64,000 nt of DNA from an uncultured Armatimonadetes bacterium (GTDB taxonomy: Bacteria > Armatimonadota > UBA5829 > DTJY01): positions 4,864,001-4,928,000 of the forward strand of contig OY970325.1 in assembly GCA_963717145.1 (NCBI GenBank). Direction: 5' to 3'. The notes below the pieces were generated by a model that saw only the letters and a list, made by a program, of their open reading frames with translations, ran no database searches and had not been told where the DNA came from. Below, piece by piece: positions 9,890 to 17,462 of this stretch; positions within the stretch are counted from its first letter, which is position 1; each line of letters starts with the position of its first letter. Position numbers and translations under genes: made by a program.

Positions 9890-9986
9890 GCGGAATCCGG
9901 TCTCAACCCACCGATCTCAGGCGACTCCGTCGCCGGCGGCCGGCGACGGAGTCGCCTGAGATCGGTGGGTTGAGACCGGATTCCGC
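9890..9986. repeat. Perfect 97-bp palindrome (48-bp arms, 1-nt centre)
   Basis: 9890-9937 is the exact reverse complement of 9939-9986. Confidence 0.95.
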
Positions 9987-10001
9987 CGAATGGAGGCATT
10001 C

Positions 10002-10703
10002 ATGCGAATCCTGGCAGTCGGGGCGCATCCCGACGACATCGAAATCCTGTGCGCGGGCACGCTCGCAAAGTACGCGAGTCAGGGCCATGAGATCGTCATG
10101 TGCCACGCCTGCACCGGCGACAAGGGCCATTTCCACATCCCCAACGAGGAGCTGGCGACGCTCCGACGCAAGGAGGCTCAACTCTCCGCGTCCCGGATCG
10201 GCGCCGAGAGCCTGTGCGTCGGCATCCCGGACTGCGAGATCTTCAACGACCGGCCGACGCTCGCGCTGTTCATTGATATGATCCGGACTGCCCGACCGGA
10301 CGTGATCATCACCCACTCGCCGACCGACTACATGCCCGATCATACCGTCACCGGCCAGTTGGTCTACGATGCGTCGTTCCATGCGACGCTCCCGAACTGG
10401 AAGACGACCATGCCGCCGCACGATAAGTGCCCGCCGGTCTATTACATGGACAACGTCGCCGGCGTCGATTTCCAGCCCGGGGAGTACGTGGATGTTACCG
10501 AGTTCATCGAGATGAAGAAGGCGATGATGGAGTGCCACCAGAGCCAGGTCGTCTGGCTCAAGGAGCACGATAACCTTGACATAACGGATTTCATCGCGAC
10601 GTGCGCGAAGTACCGAGGCATTCAGTGCGGAGTGCCGTTCGCCGAGGCGTTCCGGGTCTGCGACCGCTGGCCCCGCCTCCGCACCGAGCGGCTGTTACCA
10701 TAG
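10002..10703 (+). CDS. PIG-L/LmbE family deacetylase
   Basis: GAHPDDIE, RRKEA, RPDVIITHSPTDYMPDH; GGAGG RBS. Confidence 0.9.
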   Translation: MRILAVGAHPDDIEILCAGTLAKYASQGHEIVMCHACTGDKGHFHIPNEELATLRRKEAQLSASRIGAESLCVGIPDCEIFNDRPTLALFIDMIRTARPDVIITHSPTDYMPDHTVTGQLVYDASFHATLPNWKTTMPPHDKCPPVYYMDNVAGVDFQPGEYVDVTEFIEMKKAMMECHQSQVVWLKEHDNLDITDFIATCAKYRGIQCGVPFAEAFRVCDRWPRLRTERLLP

Positions 10704-10941
10704 AACACGGAAGCACGGAAGGGGAGGGAAACACAGAAGAATCTTTATGAGGAAACCAGGAATCAAGGAAGGCAGGAAGGGGAATGAGGGAGTGGGAGAA
10801 TGGGAGAGTGGGCGAATGGGCGAACTCCGTATCTCCCCTTCACCCTTTCCCCCATTCTCTCCTTCATGGATTCCTGAAATTCCTGGTTTCCTGATAAAGC
10901 CTTTTTCCGTGTTTCCGTGTTCGTTCTGTGTTTCTGTGTTC
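10703..10941. repeat. Nested imperfect inverted repeats (purine-rich left arm, pyrimidine-rich right arm)
   Basis: Outer AACACGGAA/AACACAGAA vs TTCCGTGTT/TTCTGTGTT; middle GGAAACCAGGAAT vs ATTCCTGGTTTCC; inner GGGAGAATGGG vs CCCATTCTC. Confidence 0.8.
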
Positions 10942-10965
10942 GATTTTGACTTAGGAGGAAGTATC

Positions 10966-12228
10966 ATGTCCGAGAAGCTCGCGATCAACGGGGGGACTCC
11001 CGTTCGAAACACACCGTTTGCACCGTGGCCGTATTTCTGGGACGAGGACAAGAAGGCCGTCATGGAGGTCCTCGACAGCGGGAAGGTCAACTACTGGACC
11101 GGGTTCCGCGGGATGGAATTCCAGAAGATGTACGCCGAGTTCTGCGGCGTGAAACATGCCATCATGGTCAATTCCGGCACGAGCGCCCTGCACGTCGCGC
11201 TCGCCGCGATCGAGATCGGGCCGGGCGACGAGGTCATCGTCCCGACCTACAGCTTCATCGCCACCGCCGCCGCCGTATTGCATCAGAACGGCGTCCCGAT
11301 CTTCGCCGATGTCGATGAGAAGACATGGAACATCGACCCCAAATCGGTCGAGTCGCTGATTACCGAGCGCACTAAGGCGATCATCGCCGTCCACCTCCAC
11401 GGCCATCCCGCCGACATGGATCCGATCAAGGCGATGGCCGCCAAGCGCGGCATCAAGGTCATCGAGGACGCCGCTCAGGCACACGGAGGCGAGTACAAGG
11501 GCAAGATGGTCGGAGGGCTCGGCGACATCGCCGCGTTCAGCTTCTGCCAGGACAAGATCATGACCACCGGCGGTGAGGGCGGCGCGGTCACGACCGCCGA
11601 TGACGACCTCGCGAGCATCGCCCGCAGCTTCAAGGATCACGGCTACTGGGAGGAGGAGCGCCGCGACCTCCTGCAGATGGAGGCGCTCTATCCATACATC
11701 CACCACCGCATGGGCTTCAACTACCGCATGACCGAGATGCAGAGCGTCATCGGCATCGAGTGCGTGAAGCGCCTCGCCTCATGGGTCGAGAAGCGCCGTG
11801 CGAACGCGCACTTCCTCTCCGCGCAGCTCGCGCAGATCCCGCAGGTCGAGCCGCCGTATGAGTCGCCGGACGTGAAGCACGCGTTCTACAAGTATGCGTT
11901 CAAGGTGAGGCCCGAGACGCTGACCTGCACGCGCGACGAGTTCATCCAGGCGCTCAGGGCCGAGGGAATCCCGTCCGCCGCCGGAGTCCCGCCCGAGAAC
12001 TACAAGGAGGAAGTCTTCCTCAAGCAGGTCGGGTATGGCAAGACCCCGTGCCCGTTCCAGTGCCCGTGGTACAAGGGGAAGGTGGATTACAACCAGGTCG
12101 CGTGCCCGACCGCGGTGAAGATCGGCGCGCAGACCGTCTGGCTGCTCGTCCACCCGACGCTCGGCGAGTCCGACATGTCCGACGCGGCCGAGGCGGTGGC
12201 GAAGATCGCATCGGCCTACGCTAAGTAG
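10966..12228 (+). CDS. DegT/DnrJ/EryC1/StrS family PLP aminotransferase
   Basis: NSGTSALH, GDEVIVP, IEDAAQAHG, FSFCQDKIMTTGGEGG, GFNYRMTE; AGGAGG RBS. Confidence 0.92.
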   Translation: MSEKLAINGGTPVRNTPFAPWPYFWDEDKKAVMEVLDSGKVNYWTGFRGMEFQKMYAEFCGVKHAIMVNSGTSALHVALAAIEIGPGDEVIVPTYSFIATAAAVLHQNGVPIFADVDEKTWNIDPKSVESLITERTKAIIAVHLHGHPADMDPIKAMAAKRGIKVIEDAAQAHGGEYKGKMVGGLGDIAAFSFCQDKIMTTGGEGGAVTTADDDLASIARSFKDHGYWEEERRDLLQMEALYPYIHHRMGFNYRMTEMQSVIGIECVKRLASWVEKRRANAHFLSAQLAQIPQVEPPYESPDVKHAFYKYAFKVRPETLTCTRDEFIQALRAEGIPSAAGVPPENYKEEVFLKQVGYGKTPCPFQCPWYKGKVDYNQVACPTAVKIGAQTVWLLVHPTLGESDMSDAAEAVAKIASAYAK

Positions 12229-12323
12229 AGGAAACATCCTGGCTAAGCGGGTGTGTCCCGTCCGCGGGTGCACACACAGGATGCTGAGGATTTCTGCACC
12301 GGCCAACCCTGTCTTGTGAGGAC

Positions 12324-12839
12324 GTGAGTCGTATGGCTGATATGCAAGACGAATGGAGAACCGTGTTGGTGACTCTACGGCGGCATTTCCTTCAGGGCGG
12401 AGCATCGACTGCATTGACCAGGAGTGGATTCGCGGGCGGCAAGACCTCATCCCTGGGTGTGCTTGATGGGGAGCAACTGTGGGGCTTGTACGCGATAGGC
12501 GCAACTCCGACCGGTAGCTGGTGGGAGGCACGATTCACGGATACCAAGGTGACAATAGTCGCTGTTGACAATCCTCTGCTCGTGATCACGTACGGCGATA
12601 TGTTCGACACCAGATCGTTGCCCGGCAAATCCATCCCGCCGATGAGTGGCGAAAGCGGTGGCGTCGAATTCCACTATGACGAGGCGACGATTCAGGGCCT
12701 GGAGGGAAGAACTTACCGGATAAGAGGCGCAGTGGACGAGGACGGTCTGAGGGATGTCTACCGCTGGCACAATCTGGTGAAAGCCGCGCATATTGATCGT
12801 CATCGCCACCAAACGGGGCAGCCTACTCCGCTGTACTAG
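12324..12839 (+). CDS. Hypothetical protein
   Basis: Longest ORF filling the gap between two plus-strand genes; no motif recognised, start uncertain. Confidence 0.4.
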   Translation: MSRMADMQDEWRTVLVTLRRHFLQGGASTALTRSGFAGGKTSSLGVLDGEQLWGLYAIGATPTGSWWEARFTDTKVTIVAVDNPLLVITYGDMFDTRSLPGKSIPPMSGESGGVEFHYDEATIQGLEGRTYRIRGAVDEDGLRDVYRWHNLVKAAHIDRHRHQTGQPTPLY

Positions 12840-12908
12840 CGGATAGGCTGGTCAGGGCAGAGGCCGTCTACCCGTCCCCCCGGTGGGACTGTACAGGAGG
12901 CATGAACC

Positions 12909-13925
12909 ATGGGACAGAAATTCGGAGCTGCCGTGTGGGGCGCGGGATGGGTCGCCGGCGAGCACATCCGCGCTTATGAGAACAATCCCCACTGTGAGAT
13001 GGTCGCCATCGGAAGTCGGAAGGCGGAGAGCGCGAAGAAGGCCGCCAAGACCGCCGGCCTCGAATGCGCCATCTACACCGACTACGACGAATTGATGGCG
13101 GACGAGCGCGTCAACATCGTCTCGATCTGCACGCCGAACCACCTCCACGCGGGCGAGACGATCAAGGCCGCGAACGCCGGGAAGCACATCCTCATCGAGA
13201 AGCCGGTCGCCCTCAACCTCGAGGACCTGATCGCCATGCGCGATGCCGTCCGGAAGGCCGGGGTCAAGACCGTCGTCAGCTTCGTGCTGAGGTGGAATCC
13301 GCTCTTCGAGTGCATCAAGGGCCTGCAGAAGACTCCCGCGCTCGGGAAGATCTTCCTCGCCGAGGTCGATTACTGGCACCCGCTCGGCCGCTGGTACATG
13401 GGGTACGACTGGGTGACGACTAAGGAATGCGGCGGGAGCATGCTCCTCTCGGCCGGATGCCACGCGGTCGATGCGATCCGGTATTTCATCGAGTCGGAGG
13501 TCACCGAGGTCACCGCCTACTCGAACAACGCCGGCCCGTGCGAGTATGACGCGAATATCATCGCGATCATGAAGTTCGAGAACGGCACGATCGGCAAGGT
13601 CTCCGCGAGCTGGGACATCCGGTCGCCTTACGTCTTCAACATCGAGCTGCTCGGCGATCACGGCACGCTGCGGAACAATCAGCTTTACTCGAAGGTGCTC
13701 CTGCCCGGCCAGACACGACCGATGGAGATACCGACGATCCTGCCGGACAGCGGCGACGTGACGCATCACCCGTTCCAGGGCGAGATCGATCATCTGGTGA
13801 ACTGCATCCTCACGGACACCGAGTCGCACGTGAACCTGGAGGATGCGGTCAAGACGCACGAGGTCTGCATCGCGGCGGACATCTCGGCGGCAGAGGGCCG
13901 CCCGGTCAAGCTGCCGTTGATCTGA
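12909..13925 (+). CDS. Gfo/Idh/MocA family oxidoreductase
   Basis: WGAGWVAGEH, ICTPNHLH, GKHILIEKP, GCHAVD. Confidence 0.92.
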   Translation: MGQKFGAAVWGAGWVAGEHIRAYENNPHCEMVAIGSRKAESAKKAAKTAGLECAIYTDYDELMADERVNIVSICTPNHLHAGETIKAANAGKHILIEKPVALNLEDLIAMRDAVRKAGVKTVVSFVLRWNPLFECIKGLQKTPALGKIFLAEVDYWHPLGRWYMGYDWVTTKECGGSMLLSAGCHAVDAIRYFIESEVTEVTAYSNNAGPCEYDANIIAIMKFENGTIGKVSASWDIRSPYVFNIELLGDHGTLRNNQLYSKVLLPGQTRPMEIPTILPDSGDVTHHPFQGEIDHLVNCILTDTESHVNLEDAVKTHEVCIAADISAAEGRPVKLPLI

Positions 13926-13940
13926 CCACACCGGATCACC

Positions 13941-14185
13941 ACGATGTTAGTGCCGGAGTTGTACTCCGGCACTCGAAACTAGATCGGGAGTTGCACTCCA
14001 TTCCGCCATGGGAGCGGGAGAACAACTCCCGGGTGCAGTTATGCGTGCCGGAGTGCAACTCCGGCACGAACGGTGGGTGGAGTTATGCGGGCCGGAGTCC
14101 AACTCCGGCCCGAACGGTGAAACCAACGATGTTAGTGCCGGAGTTGTACTCCGGCACTCGAAACTAGATCGGGAGTTGTACTCCC
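13941..14185. repeat. REP/REPIN array upstream of the RAYT
   Basis: Hairpins GTT(A/C)GTGCCGGAGT-TG(T/C)-ACTCCGGCAC in both orientations; a 60-bp block is repeated at 13941 and 14126. Confidence 0.9.
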
Positions 14186-14205
14186 ACCAACGCAACGCAA
14201 CGCAC

Positions 14206-14751
14206 ATGAGACGCTACCGAATCGCAGAACAAGGCATCATGCCGCACTTCATCACCAGCACCGTGGTGCGATGGCTTCCTATCTTCACGTCCGAGCCCTA
14301 TCTCAAGATCATCACCGACAGCCTGCAGTTCTGCCGGGAGAACAAGGGCCTGCTGGTTCATGGCTACGTCGTCATGCCGACGCACCTGCATCTGATTGGG
14401 TCAGCCGACGATCAGCATGATCTGTCGGGCACTATGCGCGATTTCCGACGTCACACATCCAAGGCGATTACGGCGCAGTTGGAGGCCGATGAAAACAGGC
14501 TTTTTCTGTACGTGTTGGGCAAGGCTGCGGAGGCACAGGGGAGAGCCGACACGAAGTACAAGGTGTGGTCGGATGATCTCCACCCTGAGTCGCTAGTGAG
14601 CGAGAAGTTCTTTCTGCAGAAGCTGAACTATATTCACGACAACCCGGTGCGGAAGGGCTTGGTGACTAGGCCGGAGCATTGGTGCTACTCGAGTGCGCGG
14701 GCGTGGATCGAGGAAGTGCCGGAGCCGATTGAGATCGATCTGCTCGGCTGA
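14206..14751 (+). CDS. REP-associated tyrosine transposase (RAYT, Y1 HUH)
   Basis: HFITSTVVRWLPIF, GYVVMPTHLHLI (HUH), RDFRRHTS, KLNYIHDNPVRKGLV..PEHW.YSSA; flanked by REPs. Confidence 0.9.
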   Translation: MRRYRIAEQGIMPHFITSTVVRWLPIFTSEPYLKIITDSLQFCRENKGLLVHGYVVMPTHLHLIGSADDQHDLSGTMRDFRRHTSKAITAQLEADENRLFLYVLGKAAEAQGRADTKYKVWSDDLHPESLVSEKFFLQKLNYIHDNPVRKGLVTRPEHWCYSSARAWIEEVPEPIEIDLLG

Positions 14752-14752
14752 G

Positions 14753-14952
14753 GGGGAGTACAACTCCCCGGTGGAGTGACGCGTGCCGGAGTGCAACTCC
14801 GGCACGAACGATGGTGGGTTACGTAAGGTTAGGGATGGAGTTGGACTCCATCCCTCAGAACTAGGCCCGGAGTTGTACTCCACGCTCCGTGGTGGTGGGA
14901 GTGCAACTCCCGGATTCAGTTACGCGTGCCGGAGTACAACTCCGGCACGAAC
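14753..14952. repeat. REP/REPIN array downstream of the RAYT
   Basis: GGAGT(A/G)CAACTCC and GGAGTTG(T/G)ACTCC hairpins; composite unit at 14828-14952. Confidence 0.9.
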
Positions 14953-14978
14953 GATAGGTTTGTTCAAAGGAGAGCATC

Positions 14979-16028
14979 ATGTCCACAGTCAAATGGGGCG
15001 TTATCGGCGCGGGGGGGATCGCGGATCGGCGGACGATTCCCGAGGGGATAGTGCCGGCGGAGAACTCGCAACTCGTCGCCGTCATGGACGTCGATGAGGC
15101 GCGGGTCAAGGAAGTGGCGGCGAAGTACGACGTGCCGAAGTGGTACACGTCAGACGCCGATCTGCTGAATGATCCAGCGGTCGAGGCGGTCTACATCGCC
15201 ACGCCGGTCAACGTCCACGTCGAGCAGGCCGTCGCCGCCGCCGGGAAGGGCAAGCACGTCCTCTGCGAGAAGCCGCTCGCCTTGACGCTCGATGAGAGCC
15301 GGCTGATCGTCGATGCGTGCAATTCGGCGGGGGTGAAGCTCAGCGTCGGCCTGATGATGCGATTCCACGCATGCCACCAGGCGATCAGGCGGATCATCGC
15401 CCAGGGTGAGATCGGCAAGCCGGTCATGGGACGCGCGCAACTGACATGCTGGTATCCGCAGATCCCCGGCGCATGGCGTCAGATCCCCGAATGCGGTGGA
15501 GGAGGCGCGCTGATGGACCTTGGCGTCCACACCGCCGACCTCCTGCGCTTCTTCCTCGGCGAGGTCGATGCCGTGACCGCGTTCGTCGATACCACCGTTC
15601 AGGACTACCCGGTGGATGACAGCGCCCTGATGCTCATGAAGTTCAAGTCCGGCGCTCAGGGAGTCGTCGAGAGCTACTTCAACATCCCGGATGCGGCCGC
15701 TCAGAACGCGCTCGAGGTCTACGGCACGAAGGGATGCATCCTCGCCAAGGGGACGATCGGCCAGGGATCGGAGGGCAGCTTCACGGTCCACTCCTCGGCC
15801 GAGGACAAGGGCTATGAGGCCGCTCAGACCCGGGATGCGAGCGGGATGGCGGTCCGAGTCGAGACCCCCGATCCGGTGAACATCTATCGCGCGGAGATCG
15901 AGTCGTTCGCCGACGCCATCCTCGACGACACCGATCCGATCATCAGCGCCGAGGAAGCGATCGCATCGTTCTCAGCGGTCCTCGCAGCATACAAGTCCTC
16001 CTGCCAGGGCCGGACGATCGAGCTGTAG
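14979..16028 (+). CDS. Gfo/Idh/MocA family oxidoreductase
   Basis: GVIGAGGIA, YIATP, GKHVLCEKP, GGGALMDLGVH. Confidence 0.92.
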   Translation: MSTVKWGVIGAGGIADRRTIPEGIVPAENSQLVAVMDVDEARVKEVAAKYDVPKWYTSDADLLNDPAVEAVYIATPVNVHVEQAVAAAGKGKHVLCEKPLALTLDESRLIVDACNSAGVKLSVGLMMRFHACHQAIRRIIAQGEIGKPVMGRAQLTCWYPQIPGAWRQIPECGGGGALMDLGVHTADLLRFFLGEVDAVTAFVDTTVQDYPVDDSALMLMKFKSGAQGVVESYFNIPDAAAQNALEVYGTKGCILAKGTIGQGSEGSFTVHSSAEDKGYEAAQTRDASGMAVRVETPDPVNIYRAEIESFADAILDDTDPIISAEEAIASFSAVLAAYKSSCQGRTIEL

Positions 16029-16038
16029 GCGACACAAC

Positions 16039-16258
16039 GTTAGGGATGGAGTTGTACTCCGTCCCTCAAGACTAGACCTGGAGTTGTACTCCATCTCCGG
16101 TGGTGGCGATGGGAGTGCAACTCCCTGGATTCAGTTATGCGGGCCGGAGTCCAACTCCGGCCCGAACGGTAGGTGCAGGCGGAGTACAACTCCGCGGTCA
16201 GTGGCGCGTGCTGGAGTACAACTCCAGCACGAACAGGTGGTACAACTCCAGCACGAAC
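16039..16258. repeat. Third REP/REPIN array of the same family
   Basis: Composite unit at 16039-16167 matches 13946-14071 and 14828-14952; extra GGAGTACAACTCC..GAAC copies follow. Confidence 0.88.
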
Positions 16259-16285
16259 GTAGGTGGCAGGGTGACGAGGGGAATC

Positions 16286-17311
16286 ATGAAACAAGTCTTC
16301 ATCGATGGCAGAGGGGATATCGTCGTGCGGGAGGTCGAGCCGCCTGAGATGGGCGAGAACGGCGTCCTCGTCGACACCGCCTACTCGGTCGTGAGCACCG
16401 GGACTGAGACGATGGGCATCAGGAGTCGGCGAAAGGACCCCAAGGCCGACCGGCCCGATCAGGCGACCGGGTACACCAACTCCGGCACGGTGATCGCGGT
16501 CGGGAAGAACGTCGAGAGTGAGTTCGCCGTGGGAGATCGGGTGGGGAACTACGGCGCTCCGTCTGCGTTCGGCGGGCACGTCGAGACCTGCTTCATCGGC
16601 CGAAACCTCGCCGTCAAGCTGCCCGAGAACGTGACACTCCAGGACGCCGCGTTCACCGGCCTCGGAGGGATTGCGATGCAGGCGGTCAGGCGCTCCGGCC
16701 TCACGTTCGGCGAAGTTGCCGTCGTCACAGGGCTCGGGGTGCTCGGCCAGATCATCGCGCGAATCTGCAAAGCGGTCGGGTACAAGACCATCGCCAGCGA
16801 CTTCCTCCCGGACCGCCTGAAGCTCGCCCAGAGCGCCGGGATTACCGCCATCAATGCTGCCGAGGATGTGATCTCGCATGCGAAGGACGCCTCCGACGGC
16901 CAGGGCGCCGATGCGGTGATCATCGTTGCCGCCACCGACTCCGCCGAGCCGATCACGCAGGCCCTGGACATGATCCGATTCGGGGGACGAATCGTCATGG
17001 TCGGCGTCACGAAGATGGAGATCGATCGCACGAAGTTCTTCGCGAAGGAAGCCGAGTTCGTCATCTCACGGGCCGCGGGTCCGGGCCGATACGACCCGAA
17101 CTACGAGCGTGAAGGCGTCGATATGCCGTATCCCTACGTCCGCTGGTCGGAGGGCCGCAACCTCCGCGAGTTCATCCGCATGCTCTCAGAGAAGCGAGTA
17201 CGGGTGGATGACCTCGTCAGCCACGAGTTCCCCGTGGAGCAGGCTGCGGACGCCTATGAGCAGATCCTCGAGCGCCCGAAGGAAACCCTCGGCGTTTTGT
17301 TGAAGTACTGA
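16286..17311 (+). CDS. Zinc-binding-type (MDR) dehydrogenase
   Basis: SVVSTGTE, GYTNSGTV, GLGVLGQ, GADAVII, SRAAGPGRYD.NYE..G.D. Confidence 0.85.
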   Translation: MKQVFIDGRGDIVVREVEPPEMGENGVLVDTAYSVVSTGTETMGIRSRRKDPKADRPDQATGYTNSGTVIAVGKNVESEFAVGDRVGNYGAPSAFGGHVETCFIGRNLAVKLPENVTLQDAAFTGLGGIAMQAVRRSGLTFGEVAVVTGLGVLGQIIARICKAVGYKTIASDFLPDRLKLAQSAGITAINAAEDVISHAKDASDGQGADAVIIVAATDSAEPITQALDMIRFGGRIVMVGVTKMEIDRTKFFAKEAEFVISRAAGPGRYDPNYEREGVDMPYPYVRWSEGRNLREFIRMLSEKRVRVDDLVSHEFPVEQAADAYEQILERPKETLGVLLKY

Positions 17312-17328
17312 CTTGCGCTGCCGATGAT

Positions 17329-17427
17329 GTCCCCCTTTAGAAGGGGGACCGGCCTCTGGGCCGAGGGGGTCTCCGTGTGCGAACCTCCCCCGGCCTGCTG
17401 GCCGGCCCCTCCTTCGTAAGGAGGGGC
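17329..17427. repeat. Paired GC-rich hairpin element
   Basis: GTCCCCCTTTAGAAGGGGGAC ... GCCCCTCCTTCGTAAGGAGGGGC, with an inner imperfect inverted repeat. Confidence 0.75.
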
Positions 17428-17462
17428 GCAGACAGAGATGTCTCCCCGCCAAAGGTGAAAGT

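Noticed and set aside
14008-14205. N-terminal extensions of the RAYT (likewise the ORF-track starts at 7512, 10747 and 16100)
   Set aside because: These translate repeat elements. Downstream starts match the family N-termini or an RBS.
13941-16258. REP arrays as a CRISPR array
   Set aside because: The repeats occur in both orientations with irregular spacing and conserved linkers. There are no unique spacers and no cas genes, and a RAYT is adjacent.
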